Below, one piece after another: positions 7,794 to 15,999 of a stretch of 32,168 nucleotides of DNA. Numbering within the stretch: position 1 is the stretch's first letter; the number at the start of each line of letters is the position of its first letter. This DNA is from an uncultured Candidatus Saccharibacteria bacterium (GTDB lineage Bacteria > Patescibacteriota > WWE3 > UBA101185 > UBA10185), in NCBI GenBank assembly GCA_964530415.1, contig CAZHAM010000002.1, positions 1,649 through 33,816 on the forward strand, in the 5' to 3' direction. Made by a program: the position numbers and the translations under genes. The notes under the pieces were generated by a model that worked only from the letters and a program-made list of their open reading frames with translations, did not search any database and was not told the DNA's origin.

Positions 7794-8789
7794 TTATACG
7801 ATCGAGGAGACTTTATTGTCAGTGAGTTCTTTGTTTACAAGATACCTTGGTGGCTTCTTATTTATTAAAACGTCAACAACATTTTCGGCTACCATGCGTG
7901 ACATTTGTATTCTAGCTTCAAAAGTTGCGCTTGCAGTGTGGGGAGTTAAAACAACATTATTTAGTTTTTTCAACCCTACGTTAATTTCGGGTTCGTTTTC
8001 AAAAACATCAAGCCCTGCTCCTGCAATCCAACCCTCTTTTAAACCCGTTGCCAAAGCCGCCTCATTTATTATCGGGCCTCTGGATGTGTTAATTAAAATT
8101 GCGAAAGGTTTCATCTTTTTTAATTCATCTTCGCCGATTAAATGGTGCGTAGCGTCAGTCAAGTTGCAGTTTAAAGAAACCACATCGCTGTTTTCGAGCA
8201 AATTGTCCATATCAACTTTCTCTGCATCTAAAAGACCTTCTGCCTCAGCGTGTTTCATAACGTCGTTGTAAATAACATTCATATTAAATCCGTATTTTGC
8301 AATTTTCCCGACCATTTGACCGATTCTTCCAAATCCAACTATTCCGATTGTTTTGCCTACAAGTTTTGGTCCCATATAAAGCATCGGATCCCAGTACTGA
8401 AATTTTCCGCTTCTGCAAAATTTGTCCCCCTCGGCAATATGTTTTGCTACACCAAGCATTAAAGCAATGGCGTGCTCGGCTACCGATTCGGTTAAATCTC
8501 CGGGAGTGTTTCCTACATAAATCCCCTTACTTGTTGCGGTCCCCAGGTCAATGTGATCGTATCCAACCGAGTAAGTTGCTACAACTTTTAACTGTTTGCC
8601 CGCGGTTAAGATACTTTTATTTACTTGGTCCGGAATTACAGGAATGTACGCATCAGCGTCTTTTACGGCTTTTTTTAATTCTTCTTCTGACAACGGCGGT
8701 CCTTGTCGATAATCGAGTTCAAGCTGAGGATACTGGCGGAGAATATTGATTCCCACTTGGGGGATTTCTCTTGTTATTAATACTTTCAT
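7794..8789 (-). CDS. D-isomer-specific 2-hydroxyacid dehydrogenase (glyoxylate/hydroxypyruvate reductase-like)
   Basis: NAD-binding GIVGFGRIGQMVG, catalytic-region NTSRGPIIN, and LDVFENEP...TPH. Confidence 0.85.
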   Translation of the reverse strand: MKVLITREIPQVGINILRQYPQLELDYRQGPPLSEEELKKAVKDADAYIPVIPDQVNKSILTAGKQLKVVATYSVGYDHIDLGTATSKGIYVGNTPGDLTESVAEHAIALMLGVAKHIAEGDKFCRSGKFQYWDPMLYMGPKLVGKTIGIVGFGRIGQMVGKIAKYGFNMNVIYNDVMKHAEAEGLLDAEKVDMDNLLENSDVVSLNCNLTDATHHLIGEDELKKMKPFAILINTSRGPIINEAALATGLKEGWIAGAGLDVFENEPEINVGLKKLNNVVLTPHTASATFEARIQMSRMVAENVVDVLINKKPPRYLVNKELTDNKVSSIV

Positions 8790-8822
8790 ATGGGCAGTGT
8801 TCTTGTCTTAGTTTATATCAAA

Positions 8823-9785
8823 TTATTTTATTGATCCAGCGAGTTTTTCAATAGTTTTTTTATCTGTAAGTCCTTTTAATGCTCCCATTTCTTTTATTGA
8901 GTTTCCCGAGTTAATTACTCCCCATTTGAGAGCTTCTTTTAGACTTTTTCCGTAAATTATCGCCGACATAAATCCTGATGAAAATGCATCTCCTGCTCCG
9001 GTTGTATCGATAATTGTTTTATCGTCACTGTAAGATGCCTGTGAAACAAGAACAGACCCATCGTATGCAGTAGCACCTTTGCTGCCGTTTGTTATAACTG
9101 TAAGTTTTGGCCCCATTTTGTGTAGTGCTTTGTGGAGTGTTAGTTCGTCGGTCGATTTAGTTTTGTCGGTACCGCAAAAAAGCTCGGCTTCTTCTTTGTT
9201 TAAAAATAAAATGTCGCAAACAGTTAATACGTTTTTAATACTTTCAACACCGATTTTAATATGCATTGTTCCCGGGTTAAACGCGAGACCTACTCTTGTT
9301 GTTTTTACATAATCGATCAATTCTTTTTGAAAATTTTCAAAGCCTTTTGCCATAGAAGAGTAGTAGATCCATTTTGGAGTATCCCAATCTTTAATATCGT
9401 AAACTCTTGGTCCGTGGTAAGAAAAAATTGTTCTTTCGCCTTCGTAAACTATAACTGTGTGCGCGTCTGTTAAGGTGCCTTTATTTTTGCTGACCAAATC
9501 CGTTTCAACACCGTAACCACCTAATTCCTCTACCAGTTTGTCGGCATTTTGATCGTCTCCGATTTCAGTATACAAAGCTGTTTTAATGCCAAGTTTTGTA
9601 CAACCGACAGCAACGTTTAAAGCGTTTCCTGCTACCGATGTTTCAAATTGTTCAACAGGAATTTTAGTTCCGTGATAAAAACATATTTTAGGCCGATTTT
9701 CTGAATCGTCCTCAACTAAAGTGTCGTTTGCAACTTTCATGAATAAATCGATATCAGAATCTCCGATTGTAATTAAGTCAGCCAC
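8823..9785 (-). CDS. PfkB-family carbohydrate kinase
   Basis: Ribokinase-fold signature DTTGAGDAFSSGF and an N-terminal GDSDIDLF region. The substrate cannot be assigned from sequence alone. Confidence 0.8.
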   Translation of the reverse strand: MADLITIGDSDIDLFMKVANDTLVEDDSENRPKICFYHGTKIPVEQFETSVAGNALNVAVGCTKLGIKTALYTEIGDDQNADKLVEELGGYGVETDLVSKNKGTLTDAHTVIVYEGERTIFSYHGPRVYDIKDWDTPKWIYYSSMAKGFENFQKELIDYVKTTRVGLAFNPGTMHIKIGVESIKNVLTVCDILFLNKEEAELFCGTDKTKSTDELTLHKALHKMGPKLTVITNGSKGATAYDGSVLVSQASYSDDKTIIDTTGAGDAFSSGFMSAIIYGKSLKEALKWGVINSGNSIKEMGALKGLTDKKTIEKLAGSIK

Positions 9786-10781
9786 CTAAAATCCTTTTAA
9801 GAATTTAATAATCTTTTCTTCGATGCGGTGAGAGGCGAGTCCGTATTTATTTATTAAGTCTGAGTAAGACCCGGATTCACAAAAAGTATCTTCGACACCA
9901 ATGATAAGCATTTTCGTCGGAAGATTTTGTGATAAAACTTCGGCGACCGCACTTCCTAATCCATTGTATATTTGATGTTCTTCAATTGTAACTACTTTTT
10001 TAGTTTTTTTTGCGGATTCAATTAATGCTTTTGCTTTTAGAGGTTTGATAGTTGGAATTGCAATTACGTCAGAGCAGATATTAAATTTTACTTTTAAGTT
10101 TCTCGCTGCAATTAGTGCCTGTTCTGTTATAGGACCTGTCACAAAAATCGATAAGTCATCGCCTTCGGAAAGAGTATATGTGTCGCCGATTTCAAATTCA
10201 GTTTTGATGGTTGTAATTGATTTTGTTTCTTCACGTGAAAGTCTTAAGTAAACAGGTCCTTTATGTTCCGCTGCCGCAGTCGTTGCTTTAACGGCTTGAT
10301 TGTAATCTATTGGACTGATTAGTGTTAGATTGGGGAGCACGCGCATTGTAGCTAGATCTTCGAGTGCCTGAGCTGTTGGGCCGTCTGTTGCTGCCGATAA
10401 ACCTGAGTGTGTTCCTACGATTTTCACATTTGCCTCGGATAAACAAATAGATACGCGTATTTGTTCCCAGTTACGCCCCGGGCTAAATGATGCAAAAGAC
10501 GAAACAAATGGGATTTTTCCGTTTAATGCAAGACCGGCAGCAATGCCCGCCATGTTTTGTTCAGCAATTCCAACCTCAATAAATCTCTCAGGATATTTTT
10601 TTGCGAAGTTATCAACTTTTGTTGATTCTGTTAAATCGCCCGTTAGTACAACTATATCTTTATTTAGTTCAGCAGCTTCTAAAAGTCCATCGCCATATCC
10701 CGATCTAGTTGATTTTTTTTCAACCTCTCCAGAGAAAAACCGAGAATTTAAATGCAGTTCTTTATTGAGCATGGGCAGCAT
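9786..10781 (-). CDS. Transketolase, C-terminal subunit (pyrimidine-binding plus C-terminal domains)
   Basis: RSGYGDGLLE, ERFIEVGIAEQNMAGIAAG and GTHSGLSAATDGPTAQALEDLA match the Pyr/C-terminal half of split transketolases. Confidence 0.9.
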   Translation of the reverse strand: MLPMLNKELHLNSRFFSGEVEKKSTRSGYGDGLLEAAELNKDIVVLTGDLTESTKVDNFAKKYPERFIEVGIAEQNMAGIAAGLALNGKIPFVSSFASFSPGRNWEQIRVSICLSEANVKIVGTHSGLSAATDGPTAQALEDLATMRVLPNLTLISPIDYNQAVKATTAAAEHKGPVYLRLSREETKSITTIKTEFEIGDTYTLSEGDDLSIFVTGPITEQALIAARNLKVKFNICSDVIAIPTIKPLKAKALIESAKKTKKVVTIEEHQIYNGLGSAVAEVLSQNLPTKMLIIGVEDTFCESGSYSDLINKYGLASHRIEEKIIKFLKGF

Positions 10782-10794
10782 TTAGCGCGAGCAG

Positions 10795-11391
10795 CTAATT
10801 ATTTTGTTCGTCTGAGTTCGAAGTTTCGACTACTTCATCTTCGTTCTCTTCTGTATCAGGATCTTCACATTCGTCGATCTTTTTAATTCTATCGAAATCA
10901 ATACTGAACTCTGATTTTGAAATTGCCACTAAATCAACCGCGATGTGTTTATCAATTTCAGGGTTGCAGGATTCTCCCGGGAAAGTTTCTTCAATCGAAA
11001 CGATTAGAGTTTGTTTCTCTTTGTCCACAAAAAGTTTTTTGATTTTTACTTCGTGTCCAACCGGGTCCTCAGTTTCAGAAGAGACGCCGACCAGTACTTC
11101 TTTGTTAAAATCTATCGAATCTTTTAATGTAACCAAACCTGTTTTATCTATCAAATTCAGAAATTCGTTTAACTGATTTTGATCTGAAATTACTAATCTT
11201 TGTTTTTCAATATTGTCGTCAGTGTAAATAACAGTAGGGAATCCTTCCAATCTTCTTATCTCGGGACCTCTGTTAAAAATCTTTGAAAAGTCTAACTCAC
11301 CTTGAATCAAAAAGTACCCGGCGCCGATTATTATTGCCAATATAATAAATAAGGGTACGAGGCTCATATTTATTTGTGCTCTTTTAGTCAT
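10795..11391 (-). CDS. Membrane-anchored hypothetical protein with an acidic tail (possibly PrcB-C-like)
   Basis: 198 aa with a signal-anchor helix (LVPLFIILAIIIGAGYFLI), a beta-rich core (FNKEVLVGVSSETEDPVGHEVKIKKLFVDKEKQTLIVSIEE) and a D/E-rich C-terminus. The family assignment is a weak recollection. Confidence 0.6.
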   Translation of the reverse strand: MTKRAQINMSLVPLFIILAIIIGAGYFLIQGELDFSKIFNRGPEIRRLEGFPTVIYTDDNIEKQRLVISDQNQLNEFLNLIDKTGLVTLKDSIDFNKEVLVGVSSETEDPVGHEVKIKKLFVDKEKQTLIVSIEETFPGESCNPEIDKHIAVDLVAISKSEFSIDFDRIKKIDECEDPDTEENEDEVVETSNSDEQNN

Positions 11392-12265
11392 GATCGTATT
11401 TTATTTTTCCTTCAAAAGATCTCAGCTGCTTAAGTGCTTTAGTTGCTTGATCTTTATTAGGTGGCAATCCGTGCCATTCAAATTTGTACTCCATAAATTC
11501 TACACCCTTGCCGGGTATAGTGTACGCTATCACTGCTGTGGGTTTATGCCCTACAGCTTCCGCCATTGAAAAGGCGTTTAATATCTCTTCAATATTATGA
11601 CCGTCAACCCCGATCACATTCCAGTTAAATGCCTCAAGTTTTTTCCTCAAATTCTCCAAAGGCATTATCTGTTCAGTATATCCGTCGATCTGAATGTTGT
11701 TTCGGTCAATTATCCAGGTTAAGTTAGAAAGTCCGCGATTCGGTGCAAACATAGCTGCTTCCCAAATCTGACCCTCATTTAATTCTCCATCTCCGGTTAA
11801 ACAGTAAACTCTAAACTTCTTGTTATCCATTTTACCCGCGATTGCAGCTCCGATTGCCTGAGACAAACCTTGACCCAGTGATCCGCTCGAACTTTCTAGG
11901 CCGGGTAATTTTACATTTACGGGGTGTCCCAGTAGTCTAGAGTTTAATTTGCGAAGTGTCCACAGCTCTTTTCTGTCGAAATAACCGCGCTTTGCCAAAG
12001 ATGCATACAGAATCGGACAAATGTGGCCGTTTGATAAATAAAATCTATCGCGGTCTTTCCATTTAGGATTTTTAGGATCGATATTTAATTTGTTAAAGTA
12101 TAAAGCTGCAAAAATATCCGCTGTTCCTAAAGAGCCTGCGCTGTGACCAGATTCCGCTTCCAAAAGCATTTGAATAACATCTTGTCTCAATTCGTTAGCA
12201 ATCAGTTCTAAGTTCGTGATTTCATTGTTTCGCAAGTATGCGCGTTTAGAGCTTTTTGCAGGCAT
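11384..12265 (-). CDS. Transketolase, N-terminal (thiamine-diphosphate-binding) subunit
   Basis: SGHSAGSLGTADI, LSNGHICPILYA and CLTGDGELNEGQIWEA (TPP motif). The tracked ORF extends to 12328, but the first 21 codons (MYILALSSNLPHLHKPHILLL) do not look like protein, so I place the start at the MPAKSS Met (12265). Confidence 0.88.
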   Translation of the reverse strand: MPAKSSKRAYLRNNEITNLELIANELRQDVIQMLLEAESGHSAGSLGTADIFAALYFNKLNIDPKNPKWKDRDRFYLSNGHICPILYASLAKRGYFDRKELWTLRKLNSRLLGHPVNVKLPGLESSSGSLGQGLSQAIGAAIAGKMDNKKFRVYCLTGDGELNEGQIWEAAMFAPNRGLSNLTWIIDRNNIQIDGYTEQIMPLENLRKKLEAFNWNVIGVDGHNIEEILNAFSMAEAVGHKPTAVIAYTIPGKGVEFMEYKFEWHGLPPNKDQATKALKQLRSFEGKIKYDHD

Positions 12266-12335
12266 TAAAAGTAGTATATGGGGTTTATGAAGATGTGGCA
12301 AATTTGACGAAAGTGCTAAAATATACATATCTAAC

Positions 12336-12720
12336 CGCTTGGAAAGGAGGGCAGAAACAGTGAAGCGGATTGCCGGATTGGGTTAAGGGGGAATGAAAGT
12401 AGGCGAAGGCTGGTTTGTGTTTGGTCACGTTGCTGGTTGCAAAGGTCGAAAAGGTCGAAAATATGGAGGTCCGAATGAATATTGCCATGTTAAGCCCGCC
12501 TTTAGGTACTTTTCTGTAACATCTTGGCGCCCTGCTTCGAATTCGCGTCTTAACTCAGCTCTGTTAAGCTGGGGACGCCTTTTGGTTATGGAGATAAGAT
12601 CGTGCTCGCCGGATCATACATTTTTGGATCATTGCGGAGCGATATCCTCTCCACATATTGCCACGTCTGTCGAATCGTCTTATCCCGGTGGGATCTGGCT
12701 GATGGACGTGGCTTCTCTTT
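12336..12720. ncRNA. Unclassified GC-rich structured-RNA candidate (tmRNA-like 5' motif on the minus strand; family and strand unresolved)
   Basis: My hand count of line 12361..12420 gives 31/60 G+C, against 20/60 for a neighbouring coding line (13381..13440). Only junk-like ORFs are present. There are multiple local hairpins and one long-range helix. The minus strand reads GGGAUAAGACGAUUCGACAG (12685..12666). Details are in the findings. Confidence 0.4.
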
Positions 12721-12728
12721 TGAGAATT

Positions 12729-13343
12729 TCAGTTAAAACTTTGAGTGTACTCAAGCACTTCCTCAGGAGTAGTGCAGACTTTTAATAGTTCCCGTTCACC
12801 CGGTCTTATTCCCATACTTTTGCAAATGCAGTCCAATATTTCGTTCCAAAACTCTCCGTACAAAATAATCGGTTTATTATTGCCCTCGTGAATTCGTGAA
12901 CTTGCCCAAGTCATACCAAATTCGCTTATTGTTCCGGATGCACCCTTAAAGACAATATGCAAATTTGTGTTTTGAAGAAGAACTTTTGTTCTGTCAAAAT
13001 AATCAAGCGTGATAACTTCTTCGTCAAAGTGATTTAAAGGATCTGTGCCTTCGTAATTTAATTTTGGTTTATTGGGGTGGTAGGTGACTGACAGTACGCG
13101 CGCTCCGCCTGCTTTGGCACCTTCCGTTGATGCGCGCATAACGCCGGGTCCGCCGCCGTTAACAATTTCATATCCGTTTTCAGCCAAGAGTTTTGCCACA
13201 TTATATGCATCGATGTAAGGTTGATCGTCTTTTTCCCAACTCGCACCTCCTAAAATGCCTATCTTTCTTATTTTTTTAACCGCGTTTGCAATGGAAGATA
13301 CGGCCGCCGATCCATCAGTAATTTTCTGAGCAGGTTTATGCAT
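12729..13343 (-). CDS. LOG / TIGR00730-family Rossmann-fold nucleotide-binding protein (nucleoside 5'-monophosphate phosphoribohydrolase-like)
   Basis: GILGGASW...VNGGGPGVMRASTEGA and GASGTISEF correspond to the GGGxGxM and PGGxGTxxE motifs of LOG proteins. Confidence 0.8.
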   Translation of the reverse strand: MHKPAQKITDGSAAVSSIANAVKKIRKIGILGGASWEKDDQPYIDAYNVAKLLAENGYEIVNGGGPGVMRASTEGAKAGGARVLSVTYHPNKPKLNYEGTDPLNHFDEEVITLDYFDRTKVLLQNTNLHIVFKGASGTISEFGMTWASSRIHEGNNKPIILYGEFWNEILDCICKSMGIRPGERELLKVCTTPEEVLEYTQSFN

Positions 13344-13968
13344 AATCTCTAAGTTCCTTCTGAAATTTTTTAAATTGATCTAACGGATTTTCCGCTTTAA
13401 AAATTGCAGATCCTATTACCAGATCTCTAATACCTAAGTTTAACAGATCTCTCAAAGTTGTTTCATTAACACCGCCGTCAACTTGTATCGGAATATCGGG
13501 AAAAGAAAATCTGAATGTTTTAATTTTTTCTAAAGAATTGGCATCAAAACCTCTTCCCTGTCCGCCGGGTTCGACAGTTATAAACTCAACATAATCTACA
13601 GTTTCGATATAAGGCAAAAGTTCTTTCACCTCGTCATGCGGTCCAATTGAGATTCCCGACAGATATTCGTTTTTATTGCATTTATCTAAAAATCGATCGA
13701 TGTAATTTCCTTTAATGTGACTGCATACCTTTTTAACTTTTTCGTATTTTTTCTCAACAAATCTTTGAGGGTCAAAAACCATAAGGTCAATTTCAAAATC
13801 GCAATAGGATTCAAAGTTATCTAAGTAATCAATATCAAAATACGTTTCTCCGTCGACAAAACCATTTTCAACAACATCCAACTGAATTAAAACAGCGTCA
13901 TTTTTTAAAAGATTAATTTTATTTGTAATTTCGCCTAAATCTTTTTCTAAAATAGTCGGGATGATCAT
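13336..13968 (-). CDS. rpe: Ribulose-phosphate 3-epimerase-like TIM-barrel protein (divergent)
   Basis: MIIPTIL, IQLDVVENGFVDGET, DLMVFDP, VEPGGQGRGF and IQVDGGVN...VIGSAIF follow the Rpe motif order (PSIL, H.DVMDG.FVPN, H.M, PGFGGQ, VDGG...GSAIF), with several substitutions. Confidence 0.7.
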   Translation of the reverse strand: MIIPTILEKDLGEITNKINLLKNDAVLIQLDVVENGFVDGETYFDIDYLDNFESYCDFEIDLMVFDPQRFVEKKYEKVKKVCSHIKGNYIDRFLDKCNKNEYLSGISIGPHDEVKELLPYIETVDYVEFITVEPGGQGRGFDANSLEKIKTFRFSFPDIPIQVDGGVNETTLRDLLNLGIRDLVIGSAIFKAENPLDQFKKFQKELRDYA

Positions 13969-14414
13969 TCGTTTTCTTCAAAATTTTTAATTTTTTGCAT
14001 TCTTCTAACATGCCTTTCCGCGCCGGAGAATTCGGTGTTTAACCACACACCCACAATCTTTAATGCTTCTTCCACTGATAAATAGTCAGAAGGGAGGCAT
14101 AAAATATTTGTGTTATCGTCTTTTCTAATACTTTCTGCGTGCTTAACACTAAAAGACAAAGACGCTCTTATTCCGGAAACTTTGTTAGCGGCAATATTTA
14201 CGCCGGCTCCGTTTCTGCACATCAAAATCCCAAAAGAGTTTACATCAGCCGCAACCTTAGCCGCTAAAGGAAAAGTATAATCGGGGTAATCGTCGCCGGT
14301 TATTAACTCATTTGGCCCCATATCTTCAACATCAATACGAAAAGATTCGAGATACTCTCTTAATTTTTCCTTGAGTTTAAAGCCACCGTGGTCTGATGCG
14401 ATATATACTTTCAT
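13965..14414 (-). CDS. rpiB: Ribose-5-phosphate isomerase B
   Basis: MKVYIASDHGGFKLKEKL and GILMCRNGAGVNIAANKVSGIRA are classic RpiB/LacAB motifs. Length is 149 aa. Confidence 0.9.
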   Translation of the reverse strand: MKVYIASDHGGFKLKEKLREYLESFRIDVEDMGPNELITGDDYPDYTFPLAAKVAADVNSFGILMCRNGAGVNIAANKVSGIRASLSFSVKHAESIRKDDNTNILCLPSDYLSVEEALKIVGVWLNTEFSGAERHVRRMQKIKNFEENE

Positions 14415-15145
14415 CTTTTTTTATACCTAAAATTTGCTATTAGTACAGAAAGATTCGGTATGATAATTAGTATAGATATCATTTGGGCTATGTTCAACCC
14501 AAGCATTTTCCACGGATTTAATCTAAAGAATTCCAGCACAAATCTAATACTAAAGTATCCCGTTAAATATATAGAAGTGATTACTCCGCTTCCTAATTTT
14601 ATTTTTTTGGTTTTATACAAATAGCCTAATATCAAAAATAACAAAAGATCTAAAATCGATTCGTACAGGTAAATGGGGTGGTACCTTTCAACATTTTCTA
14701 AACCCTTATATCTAAATTCCGTCGGTATATACTGTCCCCAAGGAACGTTTGTCGGCAGACCGTAATTTTCGTGATTAATAAAATTTCCCCATCTGGCTAT
14801 GCTCTGCGAAAGAGGTAGAACCAAAAATCCCAGATCAAACCAAAACGTTTTGTTTTGTTTTTTTATTTTTAAATAAAGATAAGCCCCCAACGCGCCACCA
14901 AAAATCGCTCCAATAATTCCTAACCCGCCATGCCATATTTGAAAGATTTTCAGAGGTTCGTATAGATAAAATGGCAAATAATCCAAAACGTGATAAATCC
15001 TTGCGCCGATAATTCCAAAAACAATGACCCAGATGGACATACCCCACAATAAATCAGGATCTTTGCCCTCTTTTTTAACAATCTTTTCGCAAAGCAACAA
15101 CGCAACAAGTATAGAAAAGGAAATTATGATTCCGTATGGTGACAT
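14411..15145 (-). CDS. lgt: Prolipoprotein diacylglyceryl transferase
   Basis: Polytopic membrane protein with HGGLGIIGAIFGGALG and ARWGNFINHENYG (Lgt signature). Confidence 0.85.
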   Translation of the reverse strand: MSPYGIIISFSILVALLLCEKIVKKEGKDPDLLWGMSIWVIVFGIIGARIYHVLDYLPFYLYEPLKIFQIWHGGLGIIGAIFGGALGAYLYLKIKKQNKTFWFDLGFLVLPLSQSIARWGNFINHENYGLPTNVPWGQYIPTEFRYKGLENVERYHPIYLYESILDLLLFLILGYLYKTKKIKLGSGVITSIYLTGYFSIRFVLEFFRLNPWKMLGLNIAQMISILIIIPNLSVLIANFRYKKR

Positions 15146-15690
15146 TAATAAATATACAGGCAGTAAACAAAAACCAGACAGACTACTGTAATATAAAGCA
15201 TCGCCCCGCTTTTATTAGGTTTTTCTTTTAAAGCCCAAAACCATTCGTTCAATTTATCGTTAAAATAATATTCCGAAAACTTGTAAATGGAATTGGCAAA
15301 AACCGATAATACTAAAGCTTTCGCCAATATAAATGTATCCGAAGAGATCACAAAAACCGAAAGTGCAGCTACAGCGATTTGAAAAAGAGCGCTATTCAAA
15401 GTTTTTTCTTGAATCTCGCCGCTATTAAAATTCATAAAGCTAAGCGCGTTTTTATAGTCGTGGTGTTTAAGGAATGTTGCTAATGTTCTTGAAAAATCCC
15501 TTTGGGGCTCGAGAAAATACGCGTAAATGATAAATTCTAAATCGAACACAAAAATTCCTATAAACGCGCCCAAGATTATCGCGGCGATTTGAAGTGGTTC
15601 TCTTACGGTATTTAGAGCCGTCATCACTACAATAAGCGTAATGGCTATCAAAATAGGCATCCGATAATACTTTGTTATAACGCTGAACAT
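15145..15690 (-). CDS. Hypothetical polytopic membrane protein
   Basis: 181 aa with 4-5 predicted hydrophobic helices. It shares a TAATG stop/start overlap with lgt. No family recognised. Confidence 0.6.
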   Translation of the reverse strand: MFSVITKYYRMPILIAITLIVVMTALNTVREPLQIAAIILGAFIGIFVFDLEFIIYAYFLEPQRDFSRTLATFLKHHDYKNALSFMNFNSGEIQEKTLNSALFQIAVAALSVFVISSDTFILAKALVLSVFANSIYKFSEYYFNDKLNEWFWALKEKPNKSGAMLYITVVCLVFVYCLYIY

Positions 15691-15722
15691 TACTTAAATC
15701 TTATTTTATTTAGTGTTCTAAT

Positions 15723-15995
15723 TCAACTCTTTGTTTTTAACTCTTTTTTTAACTCGTTTAATTTCCACATAAAAAGCCGGCCTTTTGTGGTAGCGTTTTC
15801 TGATTTTAGGACGAATTCTCTCGCACGTTCCAACAAAGTCCTGTCTGTTGACTTTGCCAATTTGATGTAAAGGGATCTATGAGCTATGTCACCGAATTCA
15901 TCAGCTAGCCTGTTACCATAGGCCTGATACTCGTATTTGTTTCGGTAATCTTTTTTTAGAGTTTTGTTTTTTAAGATGTCCGCTAACTTGTCCAC
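15723..15995 (-). CDS. Small basic helical hypothetical protein (90 aa)
   Basis: Clean ORF in operon context with Lys/Arg-rich helices. No family recognised. Confidence 0.5.
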   Translation of the reverse strand: MDKLADILKNKTLKKDYRNKYEYQAYGNRLADEFGDIAHRSLYIKLAKSTDRTLLERAREFVLKSENATTKGRLFMWKLNELKKELKTKS

Positions 15996-15999
15996 GGTT

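Noticed and set aside
7777-8749. The plus-strand ORFs 7777..8271, 8250..8462 and 8297..8749
   Set aside because: They are antisense shadows of the 2-hydroxyacid dehydrogenase gene, which has clear family motifs. The same reasoning applies to the other antisense ORFs in the track: those inside ftsH, PfkB, tkt, ligase, recF, GT4, the P-type ATPase (for example 23754..24284), mnmA and the M23 protein.
12442-12459. The tandem aggtcgaaa x2 as a CRISPR or microsatellite feature
   Set aside because: There are only two 9-nt copies with no spacers. This is far too small for a CRISPR array. It is noted only as part of the RNA island.
12336-12720. Calling the GC-rich island a canonical RNase P RNA or SRP RNA
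   Set aside because: Partial resemblances exist (AGAUGUUACAGAAAAG...GGCGGGCUUAAC on the minus strand; GAAGCAGG...CCAAG). However, the conserved GGAAAGUCC P4 strand with its complement is missing. There is no room for P2 before ACAGAA. No GNRA-capped helix-8 with the CAGG/AGCA symmetric loop could be drawn.
12285-12785. The ORFs 12393..12785 (+, 130 aa) and 12285..12488 (-, 67 aa) as protein-coding genes
   Set aside because: Their composition is Cys/Trp/Arg/Ser-rich and not protein-like. They have no usable RBS spacing. They lie in the GC-rich hairpin-dense island, and the plus ORF runs antisense into the LOG gene. They are better explained as chance ORFs across a structured RNA.
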